Part shown: piece after piece, positions 1 through 12,742 of the stretch
How positions within the stretch are numbered: position 1 is the first letter of the stretch
How the letters are laid out: every line of letters starts with the position of its first letter
Origin: Yuukianura sp. NJ FZ-2021
Lineage: Eukaryota
Assembly: GCA_046563655.1 (NCBI GenBank)
Contig: CM102285.1
Coordinates: 6,262,001 to 6,326,000 of the forward strand
Length of the DNA: 64,000 bases
Direction of reading: 5' to 3'
Translations under genes and position numbers: made by a program
The notes under the pieces: model-generated
Database searches by the model: none
Seen by the model: only the letters and a program-made list of their open reading frames with translations
Told to the model about the DNA's origin: nothing

Positions 1-2411
1 ACCAATACTGTCTTTGACATGTATTGAATATAAGTTTTACTGTAATTTGGGCGAGAAAGCTCACCGGAATAAGAAACGCTGATTGCTTTTGGTGTAATCA
101 TGTCGTAGCCGTCACCACCACGTACAAGGTAAACTGGCATAGCAACCCTGTACACGAGTTCATCTTCAACTTCTTTGTACACACCCTGTACACCAATGGT
201 AGAATTTCCTGAGGGGACTAGAAGATGAAGCAGGCGCTGACCCCTGGCGTTTCGTAAGTCATATGTAACGCGAAACCCAGAAACTTGCAGAAATCCTCCT
301 GAGTGACCAAGACCAGTCGATTTAAGATCAGTTACCGAAAATTCAAACATAGCGCGTATATCTCTGCCCTGTAACTCCACAAGGGTTACAGTGTCTCTAA
401 ATGGGAACACAGTCAATATATCGTCCATGCGGATAGGGTGATAAGCTGGAACAGAAGCTCTGAGATTTCCGCCTGTCATCATTCCCAAGGACACGTTCCA
501 ACCAAGGTCGCGATTCTGCATCACAACAGATCCATCTTTTAAGTTCTTTGCGCTTCTCGTAAGTGAATCAAAGAATATGAATAATCGTATCAAAAAAATT
601 ACAACAGAAAAACTTACTGCTACTGCCACCAAGGAATCTGCAACAACGTCACCCAACCCACATTCATCTTTCCTGCACAATTTCAATCCCTCCAGGAATA
701 TCCGCGTCTCCCCTACCGTTCTCCACATCCATTTCGGAAACTTCGTTCTCAACAGCATTATGTCTTCCTCCATCTTGGGGTCCTTGGGAACTGAACTATC
801 AAGCAGAATAGGGTTCCCTGCCCAGTACTCAACCTCTCCAGTACTATCAAAAGTGACGTTGAGGTACCCCAAGTACTTACCAAACTCATAAGCCTAAACA
901 TTAAAAAAAATTAAATTTAAAACTCTCATTTGGAAGATTTGTCAAAAAAAGTTAATTATTTTGGAGTCACTTGTACAACAAGAACGGTACGACCGTTGAC
1001 ATTCACAATCGTCGGATATTCGCCTTCCGGCTGTTCCACACTGGGCAGCGGTGACCCTGCAATTAGGCCATAACATTGATCGACATGAAAATTCAAGTTA
1101 AAAAAAAATATTACCAATCGACAGTTTTTGAATCAAGGTTCCTTGACAACCGAATTGTATTTCCTACCACAGGTTGTCCAATAACTCAGGGTTTCAAAAA
1201 TCTTGGTTCAAACAACTTTTAGCACCAATCCCATTTAGACTACATGCAAAAAATTAACCATAGAAAGGCAGATTTGCTACTTTGAGAGAAATTGTAAAAC
1301 TTCGATTTATTGGACAACCTGGTGTAGGAAAAGTTTTCTTTTTGTTTACGAACCTTGTTTTCAATGGTGGAAATTAAAGCTCTTGCCTGTGTAAAGGAAC
1401 GTGTTTGTGTGTCCTCCGACGACAACGTCGATGTGAGGCACCTCCCGAGCCACTTTCAAATCAATATCATACCCCGCGTGACCCAGGGCAATGATTATCT
1501 TGACTCCGCTTTGCGTCAGTTTTTCTGCTTCTATCCTCACCGCTTCAAAAATGTCTTCAAACACTAACATACCAATTCTGTCTAAAGGAATCTAAAAAAT
1601 TAGCACGGAAGATTTTTAAATTTCTGCCAAATCTTTGTAAACACGGTTTAACTTACGGTTTCCAGAGTAGTGTATCCGATGATGCCAACTCTTTTCCCAT
1701 CGTACTCGACTACAACTGATTTGCTCAAATGTGCTGAAACGCGTGGTTCCTGTGAAGCGTCTATATTTGCACTTATTACAGGAAATGTCACCTCTTCCAA
1801 AAACGGAACAACTCCAGCCACTCCATCGTCAAATTCATGGTTGCCCAGCGTCTGCAGTGTAAAATACGGTTATCATTGGTGCCAAAATTTCACTTTTTTT
1901 TAATTCTCAAAAAACTGAAAAAATTCTGCTATGCATATTCAGTTAGTTTCAAAGACTTAATTTAATTCTGAATTTGGAAAATCTTGCCATGGCTGTGTGG
2001 TTGAATTTGTTAACAAAAGTTGCCATTTGTTTCCACTTGTAGAGTGTGTACCAGGGAGTCCCTTGAAAATAGTCACCAGCCGAGAGGTACGCCACATTGG
2101 TATGTGTTTGCCGTATTTCCTTGACCTTAAAATTTGAAAAAAAAATTGAAATTTAATTTTGTATCCTAACACATTTGGAGAAGTGCGTTATGAAATTGCA
2201 CCTTGTAATGAATTCTTGAAAATCCGCCGAAGCATTCACCTCTTGCTCTTTCCATTGGTGCACATGCGAGCCCATTGCTGTCAACTTCTAAAAGTCTAGA
2301 ATGAATATCGTTGGTGTGCAGAATCGTCAAGGTTAAAGAGTTTGTGCAGCAACAATGCAAAAGTGGAAAATAAAGTAGGATTACGCACCACACTATTACA
2401 ATATTTTCCAT
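1..2411 (-). CDS. 5'-nucleotidase/apyrase family (CD73-like), multi-exon; 3' end runs off the window start
   Basis: Signal peptide followed by TILHTNDIHSR; later exons give LSAGDYFQGT, LGNHEFD, IALGHAGY, VVGGHTNTFL and GGDGYDMI; GT-AG introns. Confidence 0.92.
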
Positions 2412-2735
2412 GCCGAAAAGCCAAATTACTTTTAAAAAATGTATTTTTAATTGGACTTCTCAGTCTAGACGTTTCAATATCAACAAGAGTTTAAAAAATG
2501 AAGCATCTTCAATCGCTGGATAGCTATTTCAATCGAATCTCAATGGAAGCTGCGGTTAGATTCAAACCAGCCTAAAATCTCAAAATCTCTAGTTACTTAA
2601 CCACAACTAACGCTTAACTTGTAACAAACTTGATTCTTGATACTTTAATCTCATATGCCTTAATAATAATGCAGTTGTTAGATTTTAATAAGTCGCTAAT
2701 CTTATTGAATTAACTAATTGGTCGATTTATTTTCA

Positions 2736-4599
2736 TTACTTATTCTTCAATATCTTCAGAACATGTTCGTTGACAAGGGTGTTAGCGTCCTTGGCCAAGT
2801 GATAGTCAAAGTGATTCCAAAATTCAAAATCGACGCGGTGGCTGGAAATAATGTTAGGAAGTTCGGAACTTAAGCGCCCTACGTCCTAAAACATTAAAAA
2901 TTGATATACTGAAACCATTTTTAAAATGATGAAAAGTAAATAATTTTTTTTTATAACAAATATGCTTACTATAGGATCAACAATGGCATCATTTTGACCC
3001 CAGACGAGGTGGACAGGCACAGTTGAGTTAGTAATTTGGTACTTTGGCGGAAAAGGCGTGCCGTATGAATCTAAGTTTCCGTCCAACCCGAAGTCATACT
3101 GCTGAAAGTTGCCAGTGTTGATGAGTTGTGCGAAGTGTGCTAACGTCCGTGATGAGGTGGGCGATGGTGTATGGCCAAAAAAGAGTGGAAGTTGATTCTA
3201 ATTTTTGTAGTTGAAGTGTTTTTTTTAGGTGAATTAATGTCAAGTATTTTAATGTTAATTTTTTAAATAAGAAATTACAAGTTGCATCTGAGGCATATTC
3301 CATCCTGCCATTTCGCAAATGAGTTTGGCGCAAATTTTTTCAGCTAGGAGAGAATTTGAAGCCAGTTTTGTGACAAGGCTGTTATAGGAATTTGTTAACC
3401 ACGGAGGTAAAAACTCTCCTCCAAAAGTGAAATCAAAAATTTTCTAAAAATGAAATAATTTTCACAAAAAAAACAACCTATGGAAAACTTCTGAACATTA
3501 AGTTGCAAAAACTACCTTGAAATCTTGTTCATAAGGTGCAACAAATTTTTTGGGGAATCCTTTCATGTTATTGAGGTACACCGCAGGAGCTAGAGCAACC
3601 ATTACCTTGACCTTGGCATTGAACTCCGGTCTAAGGGACGTCATGACCCAGAAAATTGTACTTCCAAGGGAAAATCCAACGTACCTCAACTGGTCCACTT
3701 TTCTGAGGCGAAGGATATAGTCAAATGATGCCGGAAGATCATATTTTCCCATTTCATGAAAACTGTCTCATAAAATTAGTTAAATTGAAGAAACGATTGC
3801 GTAATTTTAATTGAAATTAAATAATTTTCCAGTTAATTTTGCTACTATTGAGTTGACTGCGTTGTGAAATTTACTGTCTCACCTGAATTCCCAAAAATCT
3901 TGATCGTCTGGTGACTTTGTGGCATGCCCTCTAGAATAAGTGTTGCCTCTCACATTTCCCAGCCAAACGTCGTTTCCATCATCAGCCAGTTGCAAAGCTC
4001 AAAGAAATTAACTGTTTTTAATTCTAAGTTTTGAGTTTTCAAAAATTAACTTGAAAACATTACATTTTAGTTTGAATTGACAGTTTACCCAAAAGTTTGT
4101 CTGGTGTGTTCATAAACCATTCAAACGAAGTTGCAAAAAGGCCATGTTGTAAAAATACCACAGGACGATCTTCATGTAAGTAGGTACTATTGACCCATTT
4201 GTCACCTTTGCCCTGAGCAATTCGATGCAAGGTCAAGATATAACCATCTTCCGTTTGTACTTGATGAGTCTCGCAACTATATCCATACAATTCAAGTACT
4301 TCGGGCTGCAATTGTTGTAAACCAAATTAACACCCTATTCTCGCAAACTTTAAAAAAACTGAATATAAAAGTTAGTAGAATTCATTTTTTAAAACTTAAA
4401 AAAAGAGTGTTACTGTTAACAAGTTCGTAGCAGGATGGTAGTTGTCTTGACTGAACCAGTCCGCAAAGTTGCTCCATGATCTTATTGTTCTGTTCAAAGT
4501 GTGGACCGAAGGGTCAAAGGGCACTGGGCCCTTATTTCTCAGTAAAACGTTTGCTCGAGCTCCTACCAGTCGAAGGGAAAGAGCCAACAACAACAACAT
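2736..4599 (-). CDS. Secreted acid lipase (lipase 3 / gastric-lysosomal lipase family), multi-exon
   Basis: Signal peptide [57 protein letters not shown], nucleophile elbow [13 protein letters not shown] and NHFDY. Confidence 0.9.
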
Positions 4600-5796
4600 C
4601 TCAAACAGGCCAAAAACGAATAATTGTAACAAATATTAAGCACAAATACAATCCAAGGAAGGTCAACAAAAACGAAGGAAACTGAGAGCCCTTGGCCTTC
4701 AAAATTTCAAGGGCATGATCCCTTTTCCCATCATTTGAAAGAGCGTGACTCTTCTTGCTCCCACGGCTACATAGGCAGAACATTTTAAACCGAAAATAAA
4801 ATCAAATTCGCTTTTCAATTTAATCAATTCATATTTTACATTGCATTGAAGTGAAATTTTATTTTGACTCATTTACTTCTTTGGTTTGTAAATTTAACTG
4901 AATAAACTAAACATCAAAATGTTATACAGTTTACGTATAGTTTTTATGCAGTTCTACACAAACACAAAGAAGCATCAAATTTTTGCACAAGAAGTTTAAA
5001 TTAAAATTTAAGACGTTGGTCTCATATTCAGAATTTCGACTGTAGATAATTGCGAAGTAGGGACAACGTGTGTGCCTACAAACTTGTCTTCCTTTTCCCT
5101 ACATGTTTTCAATATGATTGAGATATCCTCGAATGCCTGCCGTAATTTGAAAATGCCAATTTCACACACAAGTGTCGCAATGTATACTGCTGCACATGTT
5201 CCTATAATGGCAAATACTGTACTCATTTGCAGGAGTCTCAAGTACTGTTGGGATCTCCAGTACGTCAATCTCACGCTTTCTAGTCGATGTAATTCCTTGT
5301 TGTAGAGCAAAGTATGTTTGAACCAGGTCGATTTTTTCTCCCAGTACAACATAAATCCACCGTCCCGAATTCCTTGAATGCGTGGCATCAAGTAATAATA
5401 GTCAAAAATATCGTTGAACAGCAACAGGTAATGCTTGTCTGAAGCAAAGAGAGTGGCGTTTGGATCCAAATTTGGTTTGTAAATGTGCAGACTTTCATGC
5501 GATTTATTCAACAGCTGTAGGTGGAGAGTATGCATTCCTTGCTCTACAACTATCAGCATTTGTCCTTTGCATTTCAAAAATTCCCGCTCACAACTCCCAT
5601 GCCCAGGCATGAACAAGCTAGGGAGAACGAGGCGTCTCATGAGCGTTTTCCTAAAAAAATAATTTGGCAAAGCTATTTTGAATTGTGTATGCAAAAAAAA
5701 TTACATTTGACATAAAGTTAATACAAAGTTAAATTTAGTAAAAAAAAACAGTTACATATTCATCTTTGAAAAAAGAAATGCAAGTTTACCAATAAT

Positions 5797-6346
5797 TGTT
5801 CGGGAATTTGCTTCCTGTTTGGCAGAGACAGGAATAGGTTACTAACTTTAGTGTAACTTTAACTTTAGAATTGCTCTGGAAGAGATGAGACTGAAAGTGA
5901 AAGGGTTAGATCTACTTTTAGTGCTATTTACATTTACTCTGATCCACTTGTGTGGAGTGAGAAAGGGTTAAGCGTGAATCTGGTTTTGCATGCAATTTAC
6001 TACTGTACGACTTGCGCACTAAAGTAAGGACAGTAAGTGTAGCTAAGTGTCAACGCTCTATTCACATTGCTATAGTGTAAGTCGCCGCTCTTTGGTGTAT
6101 TTTTACTAATAGCATAAGCAAGGAGGAGTGTTCCTCCACTATATTCATTCATACAACAGTCTTCTTTTCATCTTCCTACTGTAAGGTCTCTTCTAATGAG
6201 TCATCGAGTAGCCATCTTAATTTTTCCTTACTTTTCATCTTTTACCAATTACTAATTAGTCAAAATAAATACTAAATCAAATCCACTTGACGCTGGAGCG
6301 GTCATCGATTATTTAGAACCACAAACATCAAGCATTCTACATTTCA
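5797..6346 (+). repeat. 5' LTR (550 bp)
   Basis: TGTTCGGGAATTTG...CTACATTTCA, repeated at 12194..12742; contains AATAAA. Confidence 0.95.
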
Positions 6347-6358
6347 TGGTCCTTCGAG
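6347..6358 (+). promoter_or_regulatory. Primer-binding site, tRNA-Tyr-like
   Basis: TGGTCCTTCGAG immediately after the 5' LTR, complementary to the 3' end of eukaryotic tRNA-Tyr. Confidence 0.8.
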
Positions 6359-6546
6359 TCGAGCATTGCGGTTGTGGATAATCGTCTATCGTCATTTTGG
6401 GTTTGACTAGTAACTTCCGTTACTAGTACGGTAATTGGTTGACATAAATTGGTCATTTAGGATATAACATTGGTAAATTCGAATCGGTTGTGTTGATTCG
6501 AACGGGTTAACTGTTTGCCGTGTCAGTTTAATCCATTTTTGCAGCA

Positions 6547-9500
6547 ATGGCGGATTATATGAAGTACGTGTCAGTACGCACAGCCATTAAGGGAAAGTTG
6601 TCTCGGATCCTGTCTGAATTAAATGCGGATGGAACGCAGTACACAGTACCCCAGCTACAAGTAATGGTGGATACGATCAAGCAGCAACAAACCAAACTGG
6701 ATGAAGTCCAATTGATGTTATTTTCCTACGTCAAGGAGGATGAAGAAATCGCTATTCAGTTGGAGGCTGGAGCGATTGTTGAAGACTTAATTATGGCTTG
6801 TAACTTGCTTTTAGGTCAGAAAATTGCTGATTTGAAAGCAATTGATTCTTCTAAAGCTGTGGCTCCTCAGGCCAGTGGAAGTGGAACTACCAATCGTTTG
6901 GAGAACTGCGCCAAGTTGCCAAAATTGGAGTTGCCGACTTTTAATGGATCAATTGACCAGTGGATTGGCTTTCGTGACAGATTCACTGCAGTCATCAAAA
7001 ATAACGATTCGCTCTCGCCGTGTGACAAACTCCAGTATCTCAAGTCCTGTTTGAAGGGTGAGGCTGGAAAATTAATCAATCACTTTACCATTTCAGATTT
7101 AAATTTCGATCCAGCATGGGAAGTGTTGCTGGCCCGTTACAACAATGAAAGAGAAATCGTGTTCTCTTTAATTCAAAAATTCTTTGGAGTTCCGAAAGTA
7201 AGTGGAGGTAGTAACCTCGCACAGCGCCTGCGCGAAACTGTCGATTCTTTTTTGCAGATTCGTAAATTACTGCAGGCTATGGGACGCAAAGTCGAGGATT
7301 GGGATGATCTGATGGTCGTGATCTTAGTTGAGAAGTTGGACTCTGACACCACGAAGGAGTGGGCAAAGTCGCTTTCTGGAACCAAGATGCCGACGTTTGC
7401 TGATCTGGACAAATTCCTCGCTAATTACATTCCAAGTTTGTTTGCCTTTACTTGTAGTGAGAAAGTGAAGGAGAAACCTCAGACTCAGACGCAGGGAGAA
7501 ACTAAAAATTCTCATTTGGCCAAAACGAAAGAGTCAAACTGCCAACTATGTACTGAGTCACATCCATTGTTCAGATGTCCGAAATTCGCAGGCCAAAAGC
7601 AAGAGGAGAAGCTGTCATTCCTCAGAAAGAACAACATTTGTTTCAACTGCTTATCCAGAGGTCACTGGACTGAGAAGTGCCGCTGGAAAGGGTCGTGCCG
7701 TAAGTGTGGTGAAAAACATAACACTTTAATTCACAGGGATGATGATCAGGAGGGAAAGAGACAGGAATCAAAGACTGTCCAACAACCTAAGGTCGCTCAG
7801 CCCAGTCAGTCAAAATCGGTATCTGCCAATTTTGTAAGTGGAGTTGGTGTACTTCTGTCCACCGCAATGGTTGACATTGAGGACTCGTGTGGATCAGACC
7901 AACGTTGCCGTGTCTTCCTTGACAGTGGATCGGAAGCATCATTCATCACTGAAAAATGTGTAAGTAAATTGGGACTTCAAAGACGTAAGTGTAACGTGGA
8001 AATTAATGGTGTTGGTGCCAATGGTGTAGCCAAAGCCAAAGGAACTGTTGAGTTTCGCCTAAAGTCATGTACTAATCAATTCGAAATCGATGTATGTGCT
8101 TTGATCTTACCAAAAGTTACAGGAAACTTGCCTTCTTTCACTGTGGGCTCAGAGTGGAAGTCATGGGATCATCTCGTTGGAGTGACCTTGGCTGACCCCA
8201 GATTTTACGAGCCACGAGAAATTGATGTACTGTTGGGAGCTGACGTAGTGGAGCATATTTTTCTTGACCGACGGATGACAGGAAGTCGTTTTGAGCCCGT
8301 GGCCCGCTTTAGTCACCTCGGTTGGATTCTCTCTGGTCCTGTGTCCAGTTCAGATGGAAGGGACAATGTGATGTCGTCCACTGTCAGTATCAAAGTACAC
8401 ACCGCGTCCGTGGATTGCGAAGATGTTTTGCAGCGATTCTGGGAACTGGAGAATGTTCCGAATCATCCTAATTGGACACGGGAGGAAAAACAGGCAGAAA
8501 ACCACTTCGTGAATCATGTCCGTAGGGACAATGGAAGGTACGTTGTTGACATTCCGTTCAAATCTAACATTTCAGGTCTTGGAAAGTCGAGGGACATTGC
8601 TCTCAACCGTTTTTTCTCAATGGAGAGAAAGTTGGCCAAAGACCAGGAGCTCAAGGCTCAGTACGTGGACTTCATAAACGATTATCTGGCTCGAGGTCAC
8701 ATGGAATTAGTTCCAAAAGCAGAAGTTGGAGAGAAAGTTGGCGTGACTCACTATTTACCTCATCATTCTGTCCTGAAAGAGGATAGTCTGACAACGAAAT
8801 TGAGAGTTGTCTTTGACGGGTCATGTAAGTCAACCACTAATTTGTCTTTAAACCAATGTATGCTGGTCGGACCGGTGGTACAGCCAGATCTTTTTACTCA
8901 TTTGTTGAGATTTAGGTTGAAAAATGTTGCCTTAAAGTCTGACATCCAAAAGATGTACAGACAGTTTTTAGTCTCTCCTGCAGATTGTGACCGACAGAGG
9001 ATCCTTTGGAGAGAGACTCGAAATCAACCAATTCTAGAGTACAGGCTGAAAACGATTACCTACGGGACAGCCTCGGCTCCATTTCTGGCCACCAGACTGT
9101 TAAATCAAATAGCAGACGATGGGAGCGAGCAATTTCCAAAGGCAGCTGAGACTCTTAAGAAGAATTTTTACGTTGATGACCTCCTCGCCAGTTTCGATTC
9201 GGTTTCCGAAGCGATTGAGGTAAGACAACAGTTGGAATCTGTTTTGTCTAGTGCTGGTCTTGTCCTATGTAAGTGGGACTCAAATGCGTCTGAAATTGTG
9301 TGTAATTCTGTGGAAAAGTCTAATCTCATTAATTTGACCAAAAGTGACGTGTCAAAAGCGTTAGGAGTCCAGTGGGATTCCGTAGTCGATTGTTTCTCTT
9401 TTCCAGATTACAGATGTATCCAGAAGTCATTTACAAAGAGAGATCTCCTAAAGGAAATAGCGAGAGTCTTTGACCCACTTGGTTTCCTTTCTCCATTCAC

Positions 9501-11763
9501 GGTTCGTGGGAAGTTGATTTTTCAGAGTCTCTGGGCCCTTGACCGTGAAACTGGTAGAAAAATGGAATGGGATTCTGTCATCCCCGATTCCATTTTGGAG
9601 GGGTGGAATGCCTGTCTGGAAGGCATGAGTAAGTTATCCATCCTGAAAATACCAAGGTTAATTGTGTGTCATAACTTGTACGAATTCCATGGCTTCTGTG
9701 ATGCGTCCGAAAGGGCGTATGGAGCGGTAATTTACTTGCGTTCCTTTAGTTCACCAATTTCAGTACGACTTGTAGCCGCTAAGACGAAAGTGGCACCTCT
9801 CAAGGCCCAAAGTCTCCCAAGATTGGAATTATGTGGTGCCTTACTCTTATCCAGACTTATGACAGCGGTGGTGACAGCGACAGAGCTACAGTGTCCAATA
9901 CACTGTTGGAGTGACAGCGAAATTGTGCTGAAATGGATCTCCTCACCATCACGTAGGTATGCTAATTTTGTTGCCAACAGAGTTTCAGAGATACAGCAGG
10001 CAGTTCCCATGGAGTCGTTCCATTTCGTTCCTGGAATAATCAATCCAGCAGACTGTGCCAGTCGTGGTATGTCTGTAGAAGAATTGGAGACATTTGACTT
10101 GTGGTGGACTGGTCCTGACTTTCTACGCCTACCAGGAATCGTTAACTTCCAATTTGAAAAGGAAATTGACAAGGAGAAACTGGAGGAACGTAAGACAATT
10201 TTGGTTGCTCATAATGATTTATTTAAGTCCATTTTAGACAGGTTCTCAAGTACTGGAAAGCTCATCCGTGTCATGGGATACGTGTTGAGAGTTTTTGCCA
10301 GAGATAAGAAGCCGAAACTCTTGCCATTGTCAGCTGATGAGTTGCAGATTGCACTGGAGAAGTGTATTTGGCTCAGTCAGTCTCGGAACTTTGAAGTGGA
10401 GATTGATCGGCTTAAGAGAGGGAAGAAGGTAAAAGTGTCAAGTCGAATTGTGTCACTTAATCCTTTTTTAGATTCCAATGGACATTTAAGAGTCGGTGGG
10501 AGACTCCAGAAGGCACTGGTAAACGACAGTGTCAAACATCAGTTCATTTTAGATGGAAGATCCAACTTCGTGAAGCGCCTTGTGGAACATTACCACAACA
10601 AGTTACATCACGCTGGAGAGATGCTGCTGAGATCAGAGCTCAGGCAACAATTTTGGATCCTTAGGGTGAGAAATTGTGTTAAATTTGTCTTGAGATCATG
10701 TGTTAGGTGCAAACGGATTCGTGGAGTTGCTTGGAAGCAACTGATGGGTAATCTTCCGGAGGCCAGAGTCCGTCCAGCAGCAGTCTTTGAAAGAACTGGC
10801 GTTGATTACTGTGGACCATTCAAACTCCAATCGATTGGCGGCAGAGGAATGAAGCAATTCAAAGCGTACATTTCCGTCTTCGTCTGTTTCGTTGTGAAAG
10901 CAATTCACGTGGAGGTGGTCACTGACTTGTCAACTGAAGGATTCCTAGGAGCCTTCAAACGATTCATTGCCAGGAGGGGTAAACCAATTCACATGTATTC
11001 GGATTGTGGTAGTAACTTCGTTGGCATGGACAATGAGTTACGTAATTTAATCTCATCTGAGGAATTTAACCATGATCTTTACGAGACTTTAGCAAACGAT
11101 GGGGTTACATGGCACTTTAACCCACCTGAGGCTCCACATCAAGGTGGATTGTGGGAGTCTGCGGTAAAAAGTGTGAAATTCCATTTGAAATCAATAATTG
11201 GTTGTGACATGTTAACGCTTTCTGAGTTTGACACAGTTCTGTGTCAGGTGGAAGCTATTCTTAATTCCAGGCCCTTGTGTGAACTGACAGAGGACCCTGA
11301 TGATCTAGAGGCACTTACTCCTGCTCATTTTCTCATTGGACGTTCGTTAGTTGCCATTCCACAAAAGAACTACGAAGAGATTCCCATGAATCGTTTGTCC
11401 AGATGGGAACGGCAGGAAAGAATCAGCCAAACATTCTGGAGAAGATGGACAAAGGAGTACTTGGCTGCATTACAACAACGTGTGAAGTGGCAACGGCCCA
11501 TTGAAAACATCAAGGTTGGCGATTTGGTAGCAATTGTGGACGAGGATTTACCCACACTGAAGTGGAAGTTAGCCCGTGTCATTGAAATTTATCCTGGAGA
11601 AGATGGATTAGTTCGTGTCGTCACATTGAAATCAGCAACTGGAGTCTACACTCGTCCAGTAGTGAAAGTCGTCCCTCTGCTGAAATCTACTGAATTGGAA
11701 CCATCAGCTGAACACTTAATCTGGATCCAGCAACGTGAATCCAAGATACGTAACAAAGAATGA
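6547..11763 (+). CDS. BEL/Pao Gag-Pol polyprotein (1738 aa)
   Basis: LPKLELPTFNG gag start; three Cys/His knuckles (CQLC..H..C, CFNC..GH..C, CRKC..H..H); protease FLDSGS; RT YVDD; RNase H FCDASERAYG; integrase HHCC and D,D,E (GVDY, YSD, LWESAVK). Confidence 0.97.
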   Translation: MADYMKYVSVRTAIKGKLSRILSELNADGTQYTVPQLQVMVDTIKQQQTKLDEVQLMLFSYVKEDEEIAIQLEAGAIVEDLIMACNLLLGQKIADLKAIDSSKAVAPQASGSGTTNRLENCAKLPKLELPTFNGSIDQWIGFRDRFTAVIKNNDSLSPCDKLQYLKSCLKGEAGKLINHFTISDLNFDPAWEVLLARYNNEREIVFSLIQKFFGVPKVSGGSNLAQRLRETVDSFLQIRKLLQAMGRKVEDWDDLMVVILVEKLDSDTTKEWAKSLSGTKMPTFADLDKFLANYIPSLFAFTCSEKVKEKPQTQTQGETKNSHLAKTKESNCQLCTESHPLFRCPKFAGQKQEEKLSFLRKNNICFNCLSRGHWTEKCRWKGSCRKCGEKHNTLIHRDDDQEGKRQESKTVQQPKVAQPSQSKSVSANFVSGVGVLLSTAMVDIEDSCGSDQRCRVFLDSGSEASFITEKCVSKLGLQRRKCNVEINGVGANGVAKAKGTVEFRLKSCTNQFEIDVCALILPKVTGNLPSFTVGSEWKSWDHLVGVTLADPRFYEPREIDVLLGADVVEHIFLDRRMTGSRFEPVARFSHLGWILSGPVSSSDGRDNVMSSTVSIKVHTASVDCEDVLQRFWELENVPNHPNWTREEKQAENHFVNHVRRDNGRYVVDIPFKSNISGLGKSRDIALNRFFSMERKLAKDQELKAQYVDFINDYLARGHMELVPKAEVGEKVGVTHYLPHHSVLKEDSLTTKLRVVFDGSCKSTTNLSLNQCMLVGPVVQPDLFTHLLRFRLKNVALKSDIQKMYRQFLVSPADCDRQRILWRETRNQPILEYRLKTITYGTASAPFLATRLLNQIADDGSEQFPKAAETLKKNFYVDDLLASFDSVSEAIEVRQQLESVLSSAGLVLCKWDSNASEIVCNSVEKSNLINLTKSDVSKALGVQWDSVVDCFSFPDYRCIQKSFTKRDLLKEIARVFDPLGFLSPFTVRGKLIFQSLWALDRETGRKMEWDSVIPDSILEGWNACLEGMSKLSILKIPRLIVCHNLYEFHGFCDASERAYGAVIYLRSFSSPISVRLVAAKTKVAPLKAQSLPRLELCGALLLSRLMTAVVTATELQCPIHCWSDSEIVLKWISSPSRRYANFVANRVSEIQQAVPMESFHFVPGIINPADCASRGMSVEELETFDLWWTGPDFLRLPGIVNFQFEKEIDKEKLEERKTILVAHNDLFKSILDRFSSTGKLIRVMGYVLRVFARDKKPKLLPLSADELQIALEKCIWLSQSRNFEVEIDRLKRGKKVKVSSRIVSLNPFLDSNGHLRVGGRLQKALVNDSVKHQFILDGRSNFVKRLVEHYHNKLHHAGEMLLRSELRQQFWILRVRNCVKFVLRSCVRCKRIRGVAWKQLMGNLPEARVRPAAVFERTGVDYCGPFKLQSIGGRGMKQFKAYISVFVCFVVKAIHVEVVTDLSTEGFLGAFKRFIARRGKPIHMYSDCGSNFVGMDNELRNLISSEEFNHDLYETLANDGVTWHFNPPEAPHQGGLWESAVKSVKFHLKSIIGCDMLTLSEFDTVLCQVEAILNSRPLCELTEDPDDLEALTPAHFLIGRSLVAIPQKNYEEIPMNRLSRWERQERISQTFWRRWTKEYLAALQQRVKWQRPIENIKVGDLVAIVDEDLPTLKWKLARVIEIYPGEDGLVRVVTLKSATGVYTRPVVKVVPLLKSTELEPSAEHLIWIQQRESKIRNKE

Positions 11764-12193
11764 AACTAGTTACTTTTAATCTTTTAATCATAGGATATGA
11801 ACATTCAATAATTTTAAGTTTAGTTTGTAAGTCAGGGACTTGCCAATTTTAAATACTAATTTTACTTTCTTTTATTTTTGATTTCCAGCTGCAGCAGAAA
11901 GCAAATCGACATGTCGGATTTTGGTTTTCTTTACTCCTTCAGGGAGACGGACTTGACAGTGACAGTTGCTTCAAATCATTTCAAATCTTCTTGCCTCAGT
12001 GAAGGTTCATCGCAAATTGAGCTTACCCTTAGTTCTGACGGGGAAGGGAGTGCTTCTGGCATCCTTATTAGCTCACCCGATCACTGAGGTCCCATTCTGT
12101 TTCATTTCGGGTTAGCAAATGTCAAATGTCATGGTCCTTAACTTAATTTTAATTTCTGGAATGACAGAGTGAGTCTGTCATTGCCGGGCGGCA

Positions 12194-12742
12194 TGTTCGG
12201 GAATTTGCTTCCTGTTTGGCAGAGACAGGAATAGGTTACTAACTTTAGTGTAACTTTAACTTTAGAATTGCTCTGGAAGAGATGAGACTGAAAGTGAAAG
12301 GGTTAGATCTACTTTTAGTGCTATTTACATTTACTCTGATCCACTTGTGTGGAGTGAGAAAGGGTTAAGCGTGAATCTGGTTTTGCATGCAATTTACTAC
12401 TGTACGACTTGCGCACTAAAGTAAGTACAGTAAGTGTAATTTCCAAGTAACCGCTCTCTTCACATTGCTATAGTGTAAGTCGCCGCTCTTTGGTGTATTA
12501 TTACTAAGCATAAGCAAGGAGGAGTGTTCCTCCACTATATTCATTCATACAACAGTCTTCTTTTCATCTTCCTACTGTAAGGTCTCTTCTAATGAGTCAT
12601 CGAGTAGCCATCTTAATTTTTCCTTACTTTTCATCTTTTACCAATTACTAATTAGTCAAAATAAATACTAAATCAAATCCACTTGACGTCAGAGCGGTCA
12701 TCGATTATTTAGAACCACAAACATCAAGCATTCTACATTTCA
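12194..12742 (+). repeat. 3' LTR (549 bp)
   Basis: Direct repeat of 5797..6346, preceded by a GC-rich tract GCCGGGCGGCA and followed by the TSD ATAAT. Confidence 0.95.

Larger units (their letters stand above)
5797..12742 (+). mobile_element. Full-length BEL/Pao LTR retrotransposon
   Basis: TG...CA LTRs of ~550 bp, 5-bp TSD ATAAT (5792..5796 and 12743..12747), PBS, and one intact gag-pol ORF. Confidence 0.97.
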
